DNA from: Octopus vulgaris
Lineage: Eukaryota
Assembly (NCBI GenBank): GCA_951406725.2
Contig: OX597821.1
Coordinates: 57,970,001-58,034,000, forward strand
Reading direction: 5' to 3'
DNA: 64,000 nt
The position numbers and the translations under genes are program-made. Below the pieces are notes generated by a model that worked only from the letters and a program-made list of their open reading frames with translations, was not told the origin of the DNA and ran no database searches. This document shows, piece by piece, positions 41,430-56,779 of this stretch (its first letter is position 1; each line of letters starts with the position of its first letter).

Positions 41430-41616
41430 TATTAAAATTATAATTTAGGGTATCTAAGAGATACCTCCACGCTGGAAAAAGTAGCCAAAACTTGACTCTA
41501 AAGCCACATTAAATGTTCATACCGCATGAACATTTAATGTGGTTTTAGAGTCAAGTTTTGGCTGCTATTTCCAGCATGGAGCTATCTCTTACATACCCTA
41601 AACTATAATTTTAATA
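41430..41616. repeat. Fold-back palindrome (~91-bp arms)
   Basis: Centred at 41523; followed by a conserved terminal motif and TA repeat. Confidence 0.88.
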
Positions 41617-41751
41617 ATAATTATTACCTTTGAAGGTTTTTATTACCATGCTGGCCACTTGATAAGATCGATAATTAAATTAACGCTCATATCTTTATTT
41701 ATATAAATTTATACATAGATACATACATACATACATACATACATACATACA

Positions 41752-41787
<36 letters not shown>

Positions 41788-41901
41788 TGTATAAAAATTA
41801 TATATAAAAAAATACAAAATGGGACAAGAACTTTAGACAGTTCAACTTATCTTAGCTGGCGTATTTGGAAATAAAACAGTTCTTTTCTTGCCTCTGATTC
41901 T

Positions 41902-41942
<41 letters not shown>

Positions 41943-43229
41943 ATAAGAGAACAAGATGTACGTTACGCCGCAATAATATATGTATAAAAATTATATATAT
42001 AAAAATACAAAACCGGCAGTGAAACTATTTTTATCAGATCCCCAAATGGGGCTCATGACAGGCAATGGTTTAAACACATTGACTTTGTAGTATATTATGG
42101 TTGCATAAGGAAATAGGGTATTCCTACAGGTCATTAATGTTTTTGCCGTAGGAAAATTCGCCGCCAGAAATTTCGTTTCAAATAACTTCTTCATGTTTTT
42201 TTTTTAATGTCTGACGCTGAATAAAAATTCGCTTATTTAATACTTTTATATAAACCGTTTATCATTGACTTTTATTTTTATTTTTAAAAATGCTAATATA
42301 ATACGCTTTATCATTGTTCATTCAGGCGAATTTTCCAATACGGTTAAGTTTCTTACGAAGAATTTACCGGACACGATCAAAGGTGATGTTTGTACAAATA
42401 TTAAAACATTCAGACACCTTATGAACAAGGATAGGTAAAAAAAAAAAAACTACTACAAAAAGAAAAATATTAATAGAGAACAAAAGATATGATAGCGTGA
42501 ATATTATATTCAAAGTCGTAATAACAAGAAATGTGTGTCAGTGAAGAAGTCACAGCCAAGATTTATACTTGCTGAAATGAAGTTACTGTTAAACAAATTA
42601 TGCGTTAGTGAAAGAGAAAAAAAAATGGAAAAGCAGCTTTGTTCGTTTATATCGTAATTGATTAGGTAACTGGAAGTGAAACCGGTTAGGAATTATTGTT
42701 TTGTTTTTGTCGTTTACTTCAGGCATTCGATTGTGGCCATGCTGGGGCACCACCTTGAAAGGTTTTAGTCGAACAAATCAAAGCTAGTATTTATTAGTTT
42801 TAAATCTGTTACTTATTCTATTGATAACTTTTGCCAAACTGCTGTTTACGGAAACGTAAACAAACCAACACAAGTTGTCAAGCGGTATACGGTGGGGGTA
42901 ACAAATACAAACACAAAGACATATAATCACCTAGACATATATATATATATATGTGTGTATACGACGGGCTTCCTCGCAGTTTCATTCTACCAAATTCACT
43001 CACTCACAAATCTTACGGCATCCAAATCTCCGAATAAACTGACTCCGCTGAAGTTCGATCAGGCCGAAGCCCGATCTTGCCGAAATTCAGATTTGGGCCG
43101 AAACTTTGAGTTGTTGAATATTTCCTTCCGAGCGCTCCAATTCACAAATTCCGAGGAACTTCGAAACCTCACGAACATGAAACCCCTCTCTCTAATATGG
43201 ATTTAGTTTTAAATTAGCTGCATTGCAAA

Positions 43230-43530
43230 CATTTTTTAAATTCACAAAATTTTGGTATTACTTTAAATTCAGTTTACATGAAAAACTTACAAGTTAACAA
43301 ATTTTTGGAGTTCTTTTAAAATTTGAATTTTCAACTGTTAGCATACAACCACTCCTCATCCAGACCTGATCCCAATGCTAGATGTTCAAGAACCAAATAA
43401 AGGGCAGATTTTCAATCCAGGGATCATGATTCCAAAATGATATATGTCAATGTAAAGAGAATTTAGTCGGAGACACAGGGGTTGCGGACGGACAGAAAAA
43501 ATTTCGCGTTTATTATAATAGTATAAAGTA
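43230..43530 (+). mobile_element. Possible Helitron/Helentron-associated non-autonomous element 3' end
   Basis: Ends cggacggacaga..ttcgcgtttattataatagtata, reminiscent of DINE/HINE termini. Confidence 0.35.
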
Positions 43531-43903
43531 TTTGTATCGTAGTATCCTTTTTAATGTTTCATACATGTTTCTATATAAACATTCTGACGTCACCTTACGA
43601 ATAATTTTCATATTTATCACTGAATGCATTGAGATATGTAATTTTCTTATTATGTGTGTGTGAGTGTGTGTGTGTCAATTTATCAGCAATTTTGTTTGCA
43701 CATACGTATAAGTATGGTAAAGTGTTTTAGACGTTTCTATTACTATAAAAGGAAATTTTTGTACATTTCTATATGCGTTCTTCTTCTTACCGCTTGAATA
43801 TGAATGAGTAATCTTATGCTACTATGTGAGTCAACAGATTTGAAGCATGTATATGTGTGTATACACATACATACATATACATATATATATATATAAATAT
43901 AAT

Positions 43904-43999
<96 letters not shown>

Positions 44000-44501
44000 G
44001 ATATAAGGATAAAATCTATATAAGAATTTATCAAGTAGTCAGCGTGAAAAACCAGTTAAGGGAAAAATTTATACAAAATATATAATTAAGTTATTCCCTT
44101 TAAACACATTTATTATATTAAGGGCATTTACGTGTAGTAATATACGCACACATATGCACACACACTCACACACATTCATTTATATGACTCCCAGGACTTG
44201 ATCTTTAATAATGACTTAATTACTTTTATAATCACTTTTTATCGTAGATAGATGTGTCCGCATCAATATGTTAGTATTAATGTGTTAGTGCACTGGGTTT
44301 TGAGCGTTCAATGTTTCGAAGTGACACTTGTTAATACTAGCTCACGGTTTTCTTTTTTCTCCCCTTTTTCGAATATATTTGCAAATATTACTTCTTGTAT
44401 GAGTCATTTAACTTTCGTCAGTTGTAGTAGCATTTGTATTGATCTAAACATATACATATAATGGTATTTGTGTTTACTCTCTCTCCTTCATATATATATA
44501 T

Positions 44502-44580
<79 letters not shown>

Positions 44581-45263
44581 TAGATATAGATATATATAAT
44601 ATTCATATACAATATATAAGTATATAAACATAATATCATATAATATATATATATATATGTCTATATATACTACGTAGATTGAGCTATAATCCAATCTGTG
44701 CCCTCGTGAAGCATATTTGTATTTTCCAGTGCTTCAAAATTGTATGTAGATGTCATAATTGTGTGGAAAATGTATAAGAGTTGAAAAATACTGGAAACTA
44801 GTTTCTGCAGAGTAATTACATATCAAAAAAGAAAACTGGAAAAACATTTTGATGTTATTTGTTCTCCATTACATGTGTTCCATTTGCTAATAGGAGGTAG
44901 AAAACTGTACATGTAGGTAAGGCATTAAGATAACTCCTATCAGAAATTCTTCAGACTGAGAATCAAATAATTTTATTAGCAAATATTATATGTATTTGAT
45001 TCTCTATCTGAAGAATTTCTAATACGAGATATCTAACATGATTTACATTACATGCACAATTTTCTAACTTCTGTTAGTAAATGAAACACGTGTAATGGTG
45101 ACTATATAAAGCCAAAATTTTTTTGCAATACATGTATATACATATACCTATACGCACGCACACACATAAATATATAAATGTACATAAATGCGCACACATA
45201 TATGCATATATGTGTGTGTATGCATATGCACACACGTGCATAAAAATTTATGTGCATTTGTGC

Positions 45264-45307
<44 letters not shown>

Positions 45308-45530
45308 GCAAATGTCAAACGATGAAAATGAGTGCTCAACACCGCATTGGTGGATATAATTTCTTTACTTGTGAATTAAAAGTACCATTGGTTTCATGTT
45401 AAGAAAAGTAGGAAAATGACAAGAAAAATTCAAATATATATCTTCCTTTTTTAGCTGGTACTAAAATGGTGATTTTACGATACCTTGCGAGTGAATCTGG
45501 CAGATTGAAGCTGTATGGAAGCCCGCCGCA

Positions 45531-45561
<31 letters not shown>

Positions 45562-47437
45562 GTGAGTGTGTGTGTGTGTGTGATATCGTGTCTGTGTTTG
45601 TCTCCCACACCGCTTAATTGGTATTGGTTTGTTTACATCACGGTAACCTGTCAATTCAGCAAAAGATTTCGATAGAATAAGTACCAAACTTTAAAAGAAA
45701 CGCAAGTGCTGGTGCTGATTTGTTTCACTAAAACTCTTCAGAGCAGTGCCCCAGCATGGTCTCAGTTTAATGACTGAAACAAATAAAAATAAAGAAATAC
45801 AAAACAGTATTTCATTTCCAATCATTATTTTTATAAGATTCACCTCTTGTCGGAAATGTATGTTACATAACAATAATCTGCAATCTCTATATTGCTTAAT
45901 GACATAGACATCTAGAATATTCTGCATATTTATTTCAACGAATATGTGAGATGTGTTAATATTTTACAGTTTGCTGTTTTTGCTTTATTTACTCAGATAT
46001 AAATTTTTTTCTTTTGAATTCTCTACTGGAGTTAACATAACTAAGGCTATATTTTCTTAACATGCAGAAATACCTATTTATTCCCTAATTAAGTAACATG
46101 AATTCTATAAGTATATATAGAATAAGTATATATAGTATAAGTATATATAGAATATAACTTATTTCCATGAAAATACGTCGTAAAAACCAGCATGTGATTT
46201 ATCTGCAGAACCGACATAGCTACAGCATTAAATATTATTGTACGTTGTAAATTCCAGAGCCGTCATTTATCTCCGTGCCTTGATGTTAACTGACCGCACC
46301 CTTTTAAGGCAAACGATGGTTATAGGGGCAGGGCACAAGGAGTAATATTTACTGCATTTTTTTTTACTTTGGGAGAAAATATATTTTCCACGAATGTTCA
46401 CTACTTTACAAAAATATCAGCTAAGCAAATAACCTTCCCTAAATGCCTTAAAAACTCTTTAACATATTTAGAAAACTATTTCAGAAAATCTCTGTTCTTT
46501 TTGAACATATAAAAGAGAAATTTAGATGGGGTAAAATTATTAAGTAGTGATAAGGTAAATTTGTGTACTCAGTTATCCAGAATTACATTTGAGAAAAGAC
46601 TCCTACATCAGAAAGATCAGAAATGCAACAAAACTTTTAAATACCTAATGAAAGAGGATCACGATAGATAGCACATGAAATGAAATTAACAAAATTCGAT
46701 CAAATCATAAAAACCCAACATAAAACATTCTCTTTAGCTTCTTCACGGTCTGCTGGAATAGCCATCTCCTTGATGTTTCTACGCAAAATGCAATTAAAGA
46801 GAAGAAATTATTGAAATTAGTCATTTCTCATTTTGTCCCAGTTTAGACATCACATTTTGAAAATAGAAAACTATCAAATCAGACATTATTGTGGTAAAAA
46901 AAAATTAGCTTGGAATCCAACAGAGAAAAGAATATTGGTTGTTAAAGACTAAAATTTATCCAGATAACTTAGTAATCTCAACTACAATCGACTCAAAGCT
47001 GAGGAAAAATTTCTTGAAAAAAAAATACCTGTCACCCGTTTCAAACCCTCTCAACTTCAACAATAATACCAATGCTGGCCAATATTAACTCCTAAAGATG
47101 GTGCAACAGTACGAAATGATGATGCTATACTTGCAATGTAACGGTTTCAAACATGAAGAGAGAAAATAACGAAAAGTCAGAAGTTACTCACTAGGTCATT
47201 ATTACTGTCTTGTAAACAAAATATTCTTTTACTTTTTTCAGTCATTTGACTGCAGCCATGCCTTTAGTCGAACGAATCGACCCCCGGACTTATTCTTTGT
47301 AAGCCTAGTACTTATTCTATCAGTCTATTTTGCCGAACCGCTAGGTTACGTGATGTAAACGCACTAACATCGGTTGTCAATCGATGGTGGGGATAAACAC
47401 AAACATATATATATACATATATAAATATGTATATATA

Positions 47438-47645
47438 TTGTGACCGCGTGTGTACCGTTGGCGATATTTTTCCTCCGTCTTCCCTTCATGGATCTTTCCT
47501 TTTCCTATGTTTCTGACAAAGAGCTTCGCTCGAAACGTTGAACCCTCCTTCTTTCCTTCTTTCCTGAGCGTCCAATAATACTATACTTGTTCCACGTCCT
47601 CGCATTGTTGTTTTCTCTTTGTGTTTTCATGTTTGGATTAACTAT
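47438..47645 (+). mobile_element. Solo PLE 3' end with hammerhead-like motif (47509-47543); shorter minus-strand relatives at 18936-18990 and 23011-23120
   Basis: gttt-CTGACAA-a-gagc(ttc)gctc-GAAAcgTT-gaac, then ttcctgagcg as in the large PLE; TA-flanked. Confidence 0.7.
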
Positions 47646-47967
47646 AAATACATATATATGTATATATATTATTACGAATTTTTTTCAGTAAGTCTTATTC
47701 AACAAAACGCCAACCAGAAATTGAAGTAGATATGTGAATATGCGCCGGAATAATCATTTAAAGATGTTTTTGTTGAATGTTGTTATTGCTTTTGTTGAAT
47801 AAAATTTATTGAAAAAAGGCGCCATCAACCTAATACACAGACACACACACAGAGGTACACATACATATGTATTCAGGTACACATTCATATGTATTCATAC
47901 ATACACACCCATGCTTATATATACAGATACGTACAAACATAAGCGCGTGTGTGTGTGTACGTGTGTG

Positions 47968-48039
<72 letters not shown>

Positions 48040-48360
48040 CGTGCTCGCGCAGGCATGTTCGTTTAAATGGTTTTGAAAAATCGCTGAAAACTTCACGCCA
48101 GCAACTTCTAGTTTCGAAGATGTGTGAAATATATTATCCTTTACTTCGAAAAAGAATGAAGGATTAGTGTCAAGAAGAGCAGACAGACTCCAACGAAAAA
48201 CAATCACGTAAAAGAGGTAAAAAAAAAAATGAAAGAATATGTATATATATACAATTTTAAAATGATACATAATCGATAACAGTTTGAAAAGAATCTAGTT
48301 TATCGAGTTACATATGTATGTATGTAATGATGTATGTATGCATGTATGTATGTATGTATG

Positions 48361-48394
<34 letters not shown>

Positions 48395-48675
48395 TGTATG
48401 TATGTATGTATGTATGTGTATGTATGTGTCTATGTATATATGTGTGTGCATCTGTGTATAAATGTATGTATTTAAGTATTATGTAGTTTCGTGTGTATGC
48501 ATGTATATATGTATGTATGTACTATGTATTTATCTATGCATATGTGTGTATGTATGTATTTAAATATGTAGGTATGTATGCATGCATGTATATAAGTGTT
48601 TATGTATGTATGTGTATGTATGTATTTAAGTATTAGGTATTTTTAGATGTATATATGTATGTATGTCTGTATGTA

Positions 48676-48719
<44 letters not shown>

Positions 48720-50429
48720 CATGTATGTATGTATGCTGCCACATCCCTGATCCTTCAACTCATATCGGCACCATACATCTTGCTCCAGCTTGTCTCTGGA
48801 TAATGTCAATAAAGTGGAGAGGGCCTACGAGGTGTCGCGCAAGCCTTATTGAACCTAAAACACTACACAGGAATTGCTGACCTCTCCTCGATATGTACTG
48901 CTTTCTACCGCACCCCACTCCAAGAGCGCACAATGTTCCTGAAGGTCAGCAATGGTCTTCCTCGGTCACGAGTGAACGGCCATCATGTATGCGTGTGTGT
49001 GCGTGTCTGCGTGTGTGTACGTATGTATGTTCGCAGTTATTTATATATGTATGTGTCAGCTACACATATGTATGTTAAGGGCGACGAGATGTCAGAATCG
49101 TTACCACACCGGGCGGAATGCTTAGCAGTATTTCGTCTGTCTTTACATTCTGAGTTCAAGTTCCGCCGAGGTCGACTTTGCCTTTCATCCTTTCGGGGTC
49201 GAATAAGTACCAGTTACGGACTGGGGTCGAGCAATCGACTTAATCCATTTGTCTGTCCTTGTTTTTCCCCTCTGTGTTTAGCACCTTGTGGCTAATAAAG
49301 AAATATATATGTATGTGTCTTTTATTTTCTACTTGTTTCAGTTATAGTCTGTGGCTATGCTGCGAGCGAATGTACAGGGACAATTTATGCATCGCGTGTA
49401 AATGTTAGCGAATGGAAATGTTTTGTTATGTGTTCGGTTCAACTTTTGATGTGTGTGCGTGTGTGTTTGAAGAAAGCAATGAAGTAGAATCAAAAAATAT
49501 ATATAAATGTTTAAATAAGCAAACAAATGATAAGAAGAAGCATTGAAAAGAGGTAGCTTATAGGCCTTTGGGAGCACAACATGGCTGCCAATAGACTTCG
49601 AGAATTCGCGAGAAAACGCATTGTGTATGAGCAAATATAATACATATTGTGAGACCAGTGAACGTCGGTCAGTTGTGTGTTTGAGTGTGTTTTGGCTTAC
49701 CCATCGCGTGATTATGTATTACTGCGGTGACCTTGATGCATGAAGACTATATTAGATTGTTTACGTCACAACCGCGATAATGGAGGAATTACTGTATATG
49801 TGCATAAAAGCACATGTATTTATTATATTGTATGTAATTTAAGGTGCGTGGCTTAGTGGCTAAGGCATTCGGCGCATGATCGTAAGGTCTTGAGTTCAAT
49901 TCCCGGCGACGCGTTGTGTCCTTGAGCAAGACACTTTATTTCATGTTGCTCCAGTCCACTCAGCATACAAAAATGAGTAGTACCTGTATTTCAAAGGTCA
50001 CACTCTGTGTCACGCTCAATTCCCCTGAGAACTACGTTACGGGTACAGGTGTCTGTGGAGTGCTCAGCCACTTGCACGTTAATTTCACGAGCAGGCTGTT
50101 CCGTTGATCGTACCAGCTGGGACCCTCGTCGTCGCAACCGACGGAGTGCTCCTATATTGTGTGTATGAACTGGCCGTAGTATAGGCCTAGCAGACTGAAG
50201 CTTTCTACGTTCGCCACTATAAGTGTGTGCATGTGATTGGGTGTCTGTACACCTGTGGTTACACTTATGCGCGTATATTCTATGCGTAATTGCAAGCAGT
50301 GTTCTCGTATGGAAGCGTGTTTAAGCCTTCTCTTGTACTCTTTTACTTGTTTCAGTCATTTGACTGTGGCCATGTTGGAGCACCGCCTTTAGTCGAGCAA
50401 ATAGACCTTAGGTGAAAAGATAGATAAAT

Positions 50430-50726
50430 GCAACCCTCTTAAGTTAGAATTAGCCTGGCTGTGGAAAATGAAGGTGAAGACAGTACCAATTATCATAGGG
50501 CTCTTGGGAACAATATCAAAGGGCATCAAGGGGAATATAAAGGAAATTGGAATAGAGTACCCAGTAGAACTGTTAAAAAGGTTTGCATCCTTGGCACCGC
50601 CAGAATAATCGGGAAAGTATTAGGTTTACTGAAATGAATGGATAACATGGTACCGTGGGCTGCAGACAGCAAGCCCTCTACACATGTAAGACTCCAGGAG
50701 CACCAACAAAACCTGTGATAAAGAGA

Positions 50727-50727
<1 letters not shown>
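50430..50727 (+). mobile_element. R4/Dong-type 3' fragment (second family)
   Basis: LELAWLWKMKVKTVPIIIGALG..LGTARII; ends at (AAT)n. Confidence 0.75.
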
Positions 50728-51648
<921 letters not shown>

Positions 51649-51930
51649 GAAGTAACTCGAATGTGGAATCTAAAATCAGAAACAATTCTTATCATAGTGG
51701 GCACATTAGGTATGCTAAAAAAAATATTCAGACAAATACATAACAAAAACACAAGGACTTACAACTATATACAACATACAGAACATTGTACTACTGGGCA
51801 CTGCACACATCTTACGTAAAACACTTTCAATACAGTAGCAATAAGGGCATCGCAGCAAACCACATCACATATCCAAGGCACACAGAGCTGCGCTCGGTAG
51901 TGAAAGCACGTTATTCAAATAAAACTACTG
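51649..51930 (+). mobile_element. R4/Dong-type 3' fragment (third family)
   Basis: EVTRMWNLKSETILIIVGTLG..LLGTAHILRKTLS; ends at (AAT)n. Confidence 0.8.
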
Positions 51931-54900
51931 AATAATATGAATAATAATAATAATAATCCTTTCTACTTGAAGCACTGGGCCTGAAATTTGGCGGGGCGTG
52001 TTACTCGATTACATCGACAGCAAGGCTCAAGTGATATTATTTTATCGATCGAAAGGATAAACGCAAATCTGTTTACACGGCTTCAATTATCACGGGGAAT
52101 TTCTGAACCAATTTACCGTGTAAACCGAGTGATAACTTAACATATATCTGTGTGTGTATATGTACGTATATGTGTACCTATACGTATGTGTATGTATTTA
52201 AACATGCATGTGTCTATCTACTTATCTTCTCTTTTGTGTGAATTAGCGTCATTAACATTTGAAGATGAACTTCAAAAGTCGATTGTTAAATAACTGGAAA
52301 GTAGTCGTTTTTTATTTAGCATTCTCTGCCCTTGCCTATAATAGTAACGTATCCATAATTATCCATACACTTTTACTTTACTTTTTTGTAAACGACAATT
52401 CGTTTCGTTTGTTTTGGTATCTAACAAAATGCAGTATAATCCGCCATGTCTTGTCATATATATTTGCACCAATTAGTCGCATTGTTTTTATATGATACGG
52501 TAAGGTGGGGTTTTTTCTAAGCAAATATATACGAACTAGTATTTATTTGAATGATGCATTTCGTGACAGATAATGTAGCTATACCTCTTGGTTGTGTAAA
52601 GAATTAATTAATTCTGATTTATAGCATATAATTGTACAATTATATTTTCAATATACAATAAGATGTACGTCAGAAATGAAAACTGTAGAGATCCAAAGTC
52701 GAAGTGTGCACTCAAAAGCTTTATGAAAATCTTTCCATTCTGTACTTAAATCGCAGCATCAGTCAAACGTAAAATAGTTCATCAATATTCTACTGATTAT
52801 TAATGAACTCTTACAATGATGTACGTCTACAAATGTGGCTGAAGTGAGTTTGTTTCTCTTTAAATGAAGAAATACACTAAGGAAAGTTGGACGTTGAATA
52901 TATTATGTCTCAATATGTTTTGAGAATTTTATGTTTTGTTAAGTGTTTATACGTCTAAGTTATCAGATTTTATCTGATATTGTCCCTTTTCAAAAGAAGG
53001 ATACATGAACCGTCATTTTAACGAAAGTCGGTTGTAGTTATTGGTTGTTTATGAATTTATATAATAATTAACTAGAAATTTGTAATTATATTCCATCCAC
53101 TTTCTCTGTACACTATTCCTGGAATGGTCATAGGTATAGTGTCCCCAGGCACTTCTCCATAGGTCCTATCAGTTTGATTTCCAAGCGTGACCAACTGACT
53201 CTATGGATATTACCCAACTATCTCGTTCTTAGTCTATTCCTAAGTCTCCTGCCGGCTAACTTGAAAAATCTGTCCTGTGATTCTTTCCTATGACATGAGA
53301 AGTAACGACTCGGCATATACATTCAGAAGCCTAAGCCGTGGTAGTAGCAATAGAGGATGTTGAAGGAGAGAACAGTACATTTAGTGTGTTGGTGAATGCA
53401 TATGTTACCAGTCAGTTTGATGCCTTACTTTTGAATGTAGTCTACAGCGTTAATGAATGTAATAGTATTAATGTTATAGATATGCAAGTAATTCTTCAAT
53501 GTGAGTTTACTTAAGCTTTGTAGGTCAGCAACGATCAGAACTATTATTACAAATGAAAATTTATTTTGTAATGCAACTCAAAGTTATAAAATATTTAAAG
53601 AAAAGGAAACAAATACAACTGAATTATGTATCTTGATCAAACAGTACAATATCAACTTATTTGATTTATGATCTTTTAGAATACAGTAGGTTAAGGCAAA
53701 TAACTTGAATAATATAATTTAAAATGAACACGAATAAACTATTTCACAAGCTCGGTTTCCATGATTAAATATAAGTTTACCTGAATTTCTAAATATTTTC
53801 TTTTTGTGTTTTATTTTTATTCATAGACTATATATATTTGATGAGCAATTGTTATGATCGATCAATTTAGAATTCTTAAAAACATAAATATTTTTAGAAG
53901 CATTGTGATTCACACATCAACGATGCTATTAGATTACACTAATACAATTATGTGGTGTACATACGATGTGATACATTTTGAGAAAATGCATTTAATAAGA
54001 TACTTGACTGGAACAGAGAGAAAATTCATTGCATTGATATTAAAAACCGACAGATTCTGTCATCAGCTGTAAAGGATATCGACAGGCTTTATCATATAGA
54101 AAGCACGAGAAAAGGCTTTAAAACTGATGAGAGAAACATTTTACGAGGCAGGAGCAAAGTTGTCTACAATATTCCAGAAATCCAAAGAACTGTTGAACAT
54201 ACATATCTTTCAAACATTTAGCGAAGAAACGTTCTACATATCAACATAAGAAAGTTCTTGCCAACATCGATAGAAAATATAATATCTTACTAACTCGTGA
54301 CTGTTACATAGCGTCACAATTTGAAGGTTTTTACTTTCCAATTTAAGAACCAAAAAAATAGTTAATGACCATCAGCTGAAGCGGCCGAAAATGTCTATTT
54401 CGCCAGATAATTGCAGAAGACATTATACGTGTGATCAACAGCTGCCCAACCATTTACATGTGTCGTATGCGACACACTTTATAAGTTGATATTGTGTTCT
54501 TTGATCAAAATATATAATTCAGTTATATTTGTTTCCTTTTCTTTAAATATTTTATGACTTTGAGTCGCATTACATAATAAATTTTCATTTGTAATAATAA
54601 TTCTGATCGTTGTTGACCTGCATATCTATAACATTAAAGTGTCGTAGGTATGTTGCTAAAACGATATATAAAACCATATAGAGGAAGAAATCACTGCCGG
54701 AAGAAATATAAAAATATAATTCATTTTTAACAGTGCAACTCGAAGTAGATAAAGCTATAAATAATATTAAATGAATATCGGGTTTGAAAACCTTAGGATA
54801 GAAATAGTCGAAGGCTGCCCGTCGGACTAGAACCCACATTTTTCTGTAAACATCACCTAAGCAGCCTATGTCTTTTTCTATCTAAAGGGTCTTTTAATTC

Positions 54901-56779
54901 AATAATTACATATTAGTAAGGTGACAAGCTGGCAGAATCGCTAGCATGCTAGGCAAAATTCCTAACAGCATTTCATCCGACTTTACGTTCAGTGTTCAAA
55001 TTCCGTTGAAGTAGACTTGCCTTTCGTCTTTTCAGGGTCGATATAATAAGTAACAGTTGAACACTGTGGTCGATGTAATCGACTTACCCGCCACCCCAAA
55101 ATTGTTGGCTTTCTGCTAAAATTTGAAACCGATATATACATGCTATTATTTATAGATTTATCTACTTCGAGTTCCAGCTATTGAAATCGAGTTATTTCCG
55201 TCTCCCGAAATTCCTTATGGTGGAAATAAAAATAATAACTTATACATTCATACATAAGTAATTCTGTAAGAACATGGCCATCCAAACTGCCTCTAAATAC
55301 AAACATAACACACTTGATACAGTGGTTTGCGATAATAATGGAAAACTGCATACTTTTGTTGAGGTCAGCCGCCAAATAAATTTTATTCAAAATTAATGAG
55401 GAAAACCAAGATACAGCCAACAGCGTCGAAACCTGCAATACACAGACTATAAGTACATTTGTGTCGATAATCAGTGAATGACTTGGCTCTACTGGTTAGT
55501 ATGATACATTAGAAATGATCCGAAAGAGTGCCTTCTGCAAGGACATTCAGACGAACATAATGTGGTAAACCGAATTTAAATCTTAAGCACTCGAAATTGT
55601 AACTGTAATGAGATGGAAAGTCATAATTACTCTCTAAAGAGGTAAGGGAGATAATTCTCCAAATGTTCAACTGACCAGAAAACGTAAATGAAATCATACT
55701 GGAGGTGAATGCATGATTTTAATCTTTGGTAGCTATGGTGAGTATTCTGGTCATATTTCGATCCTATTAGACTCTTTCTGCTAGGACTAGTTAAAACACA
55801 GCTACGAGAACGCGTAATAACTAGAGAATCTAGTGTTGAGTGGAAAAGATAATTAACTGATATGGCTTACATAGTTTGTCTTGAATCCGAGGTTTCAGAG
55901 TCCGGAATTTAACCCAGTTTTTAATAGCAACTTCAACATGGCATTGATTTGCCATGAGACCGTCGAGATGAAGGAAGTAGAGCTGTGAGATCAGTGCAGG
56001 CGACCTTCGAATGTCGATGACTGTCTTTCTGACTAAACCTGCTAAAAAACATTAGCAAAAATAAATACATAAACTTTGTGCTGAAAAGCGAAGTGAACAA
56101 CATCCTATGTGTCAGTAGTAAGTTACTCAGGAAGCATTTTCTTTCTGATAACTTCCGATAAAATCCCAAAATATTTGAGGTTTTTATGGAAAGTCATGAG
56201 GAAGACAGCCAGACAACACATACTTTAAAGAAGACAGAAATGTGAAGCGCTCAGCATACTAAAAAAACTCTGCAGACTGACTGTAAGAATACAGTAATAT
56301 CGATATGAAGCGAAACCTTTCTTTAACTCGTAACGGCTATATCACAGAAAGCAATGTATTTGCAATCCAAGAACAGGAGATTCTTACGAAATATCTAATA
56401 AACAAAAAAGACAATGAAGCCCTTGGAACCTCAAGATGGAATCTAAAATGTAAATAATATCATATTTCTTGGACGACATCACACGCGACAAACAGCTGTC
56501 CAAAAATAGAAGAAGGCCAAAGAGATAAGATCCGCGGTATGTTAGAGGCCATAACCACTTTTAATATGAAATATTACAAGTGGAATGTCCAAGTGGAAAC
56601 CTAAATAAAACGCAAACATAATGGACTGGACATAGTGATTTGGGGACGCGACGGGAAACCATGTAAATCAGCTACGCAGCGGAAAAGAAAGCACCAACGC
56701 TGAACGCTGCCCAAAAATATCATCAAAGTACTACATTGAAATTAATATAGAGAATTACACTGTTATTGAATGCATATAG

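Noticed and set aside
54123-54145. CTGATGAgaGAAAc
   Set aside because: No room for stem II and no stem I
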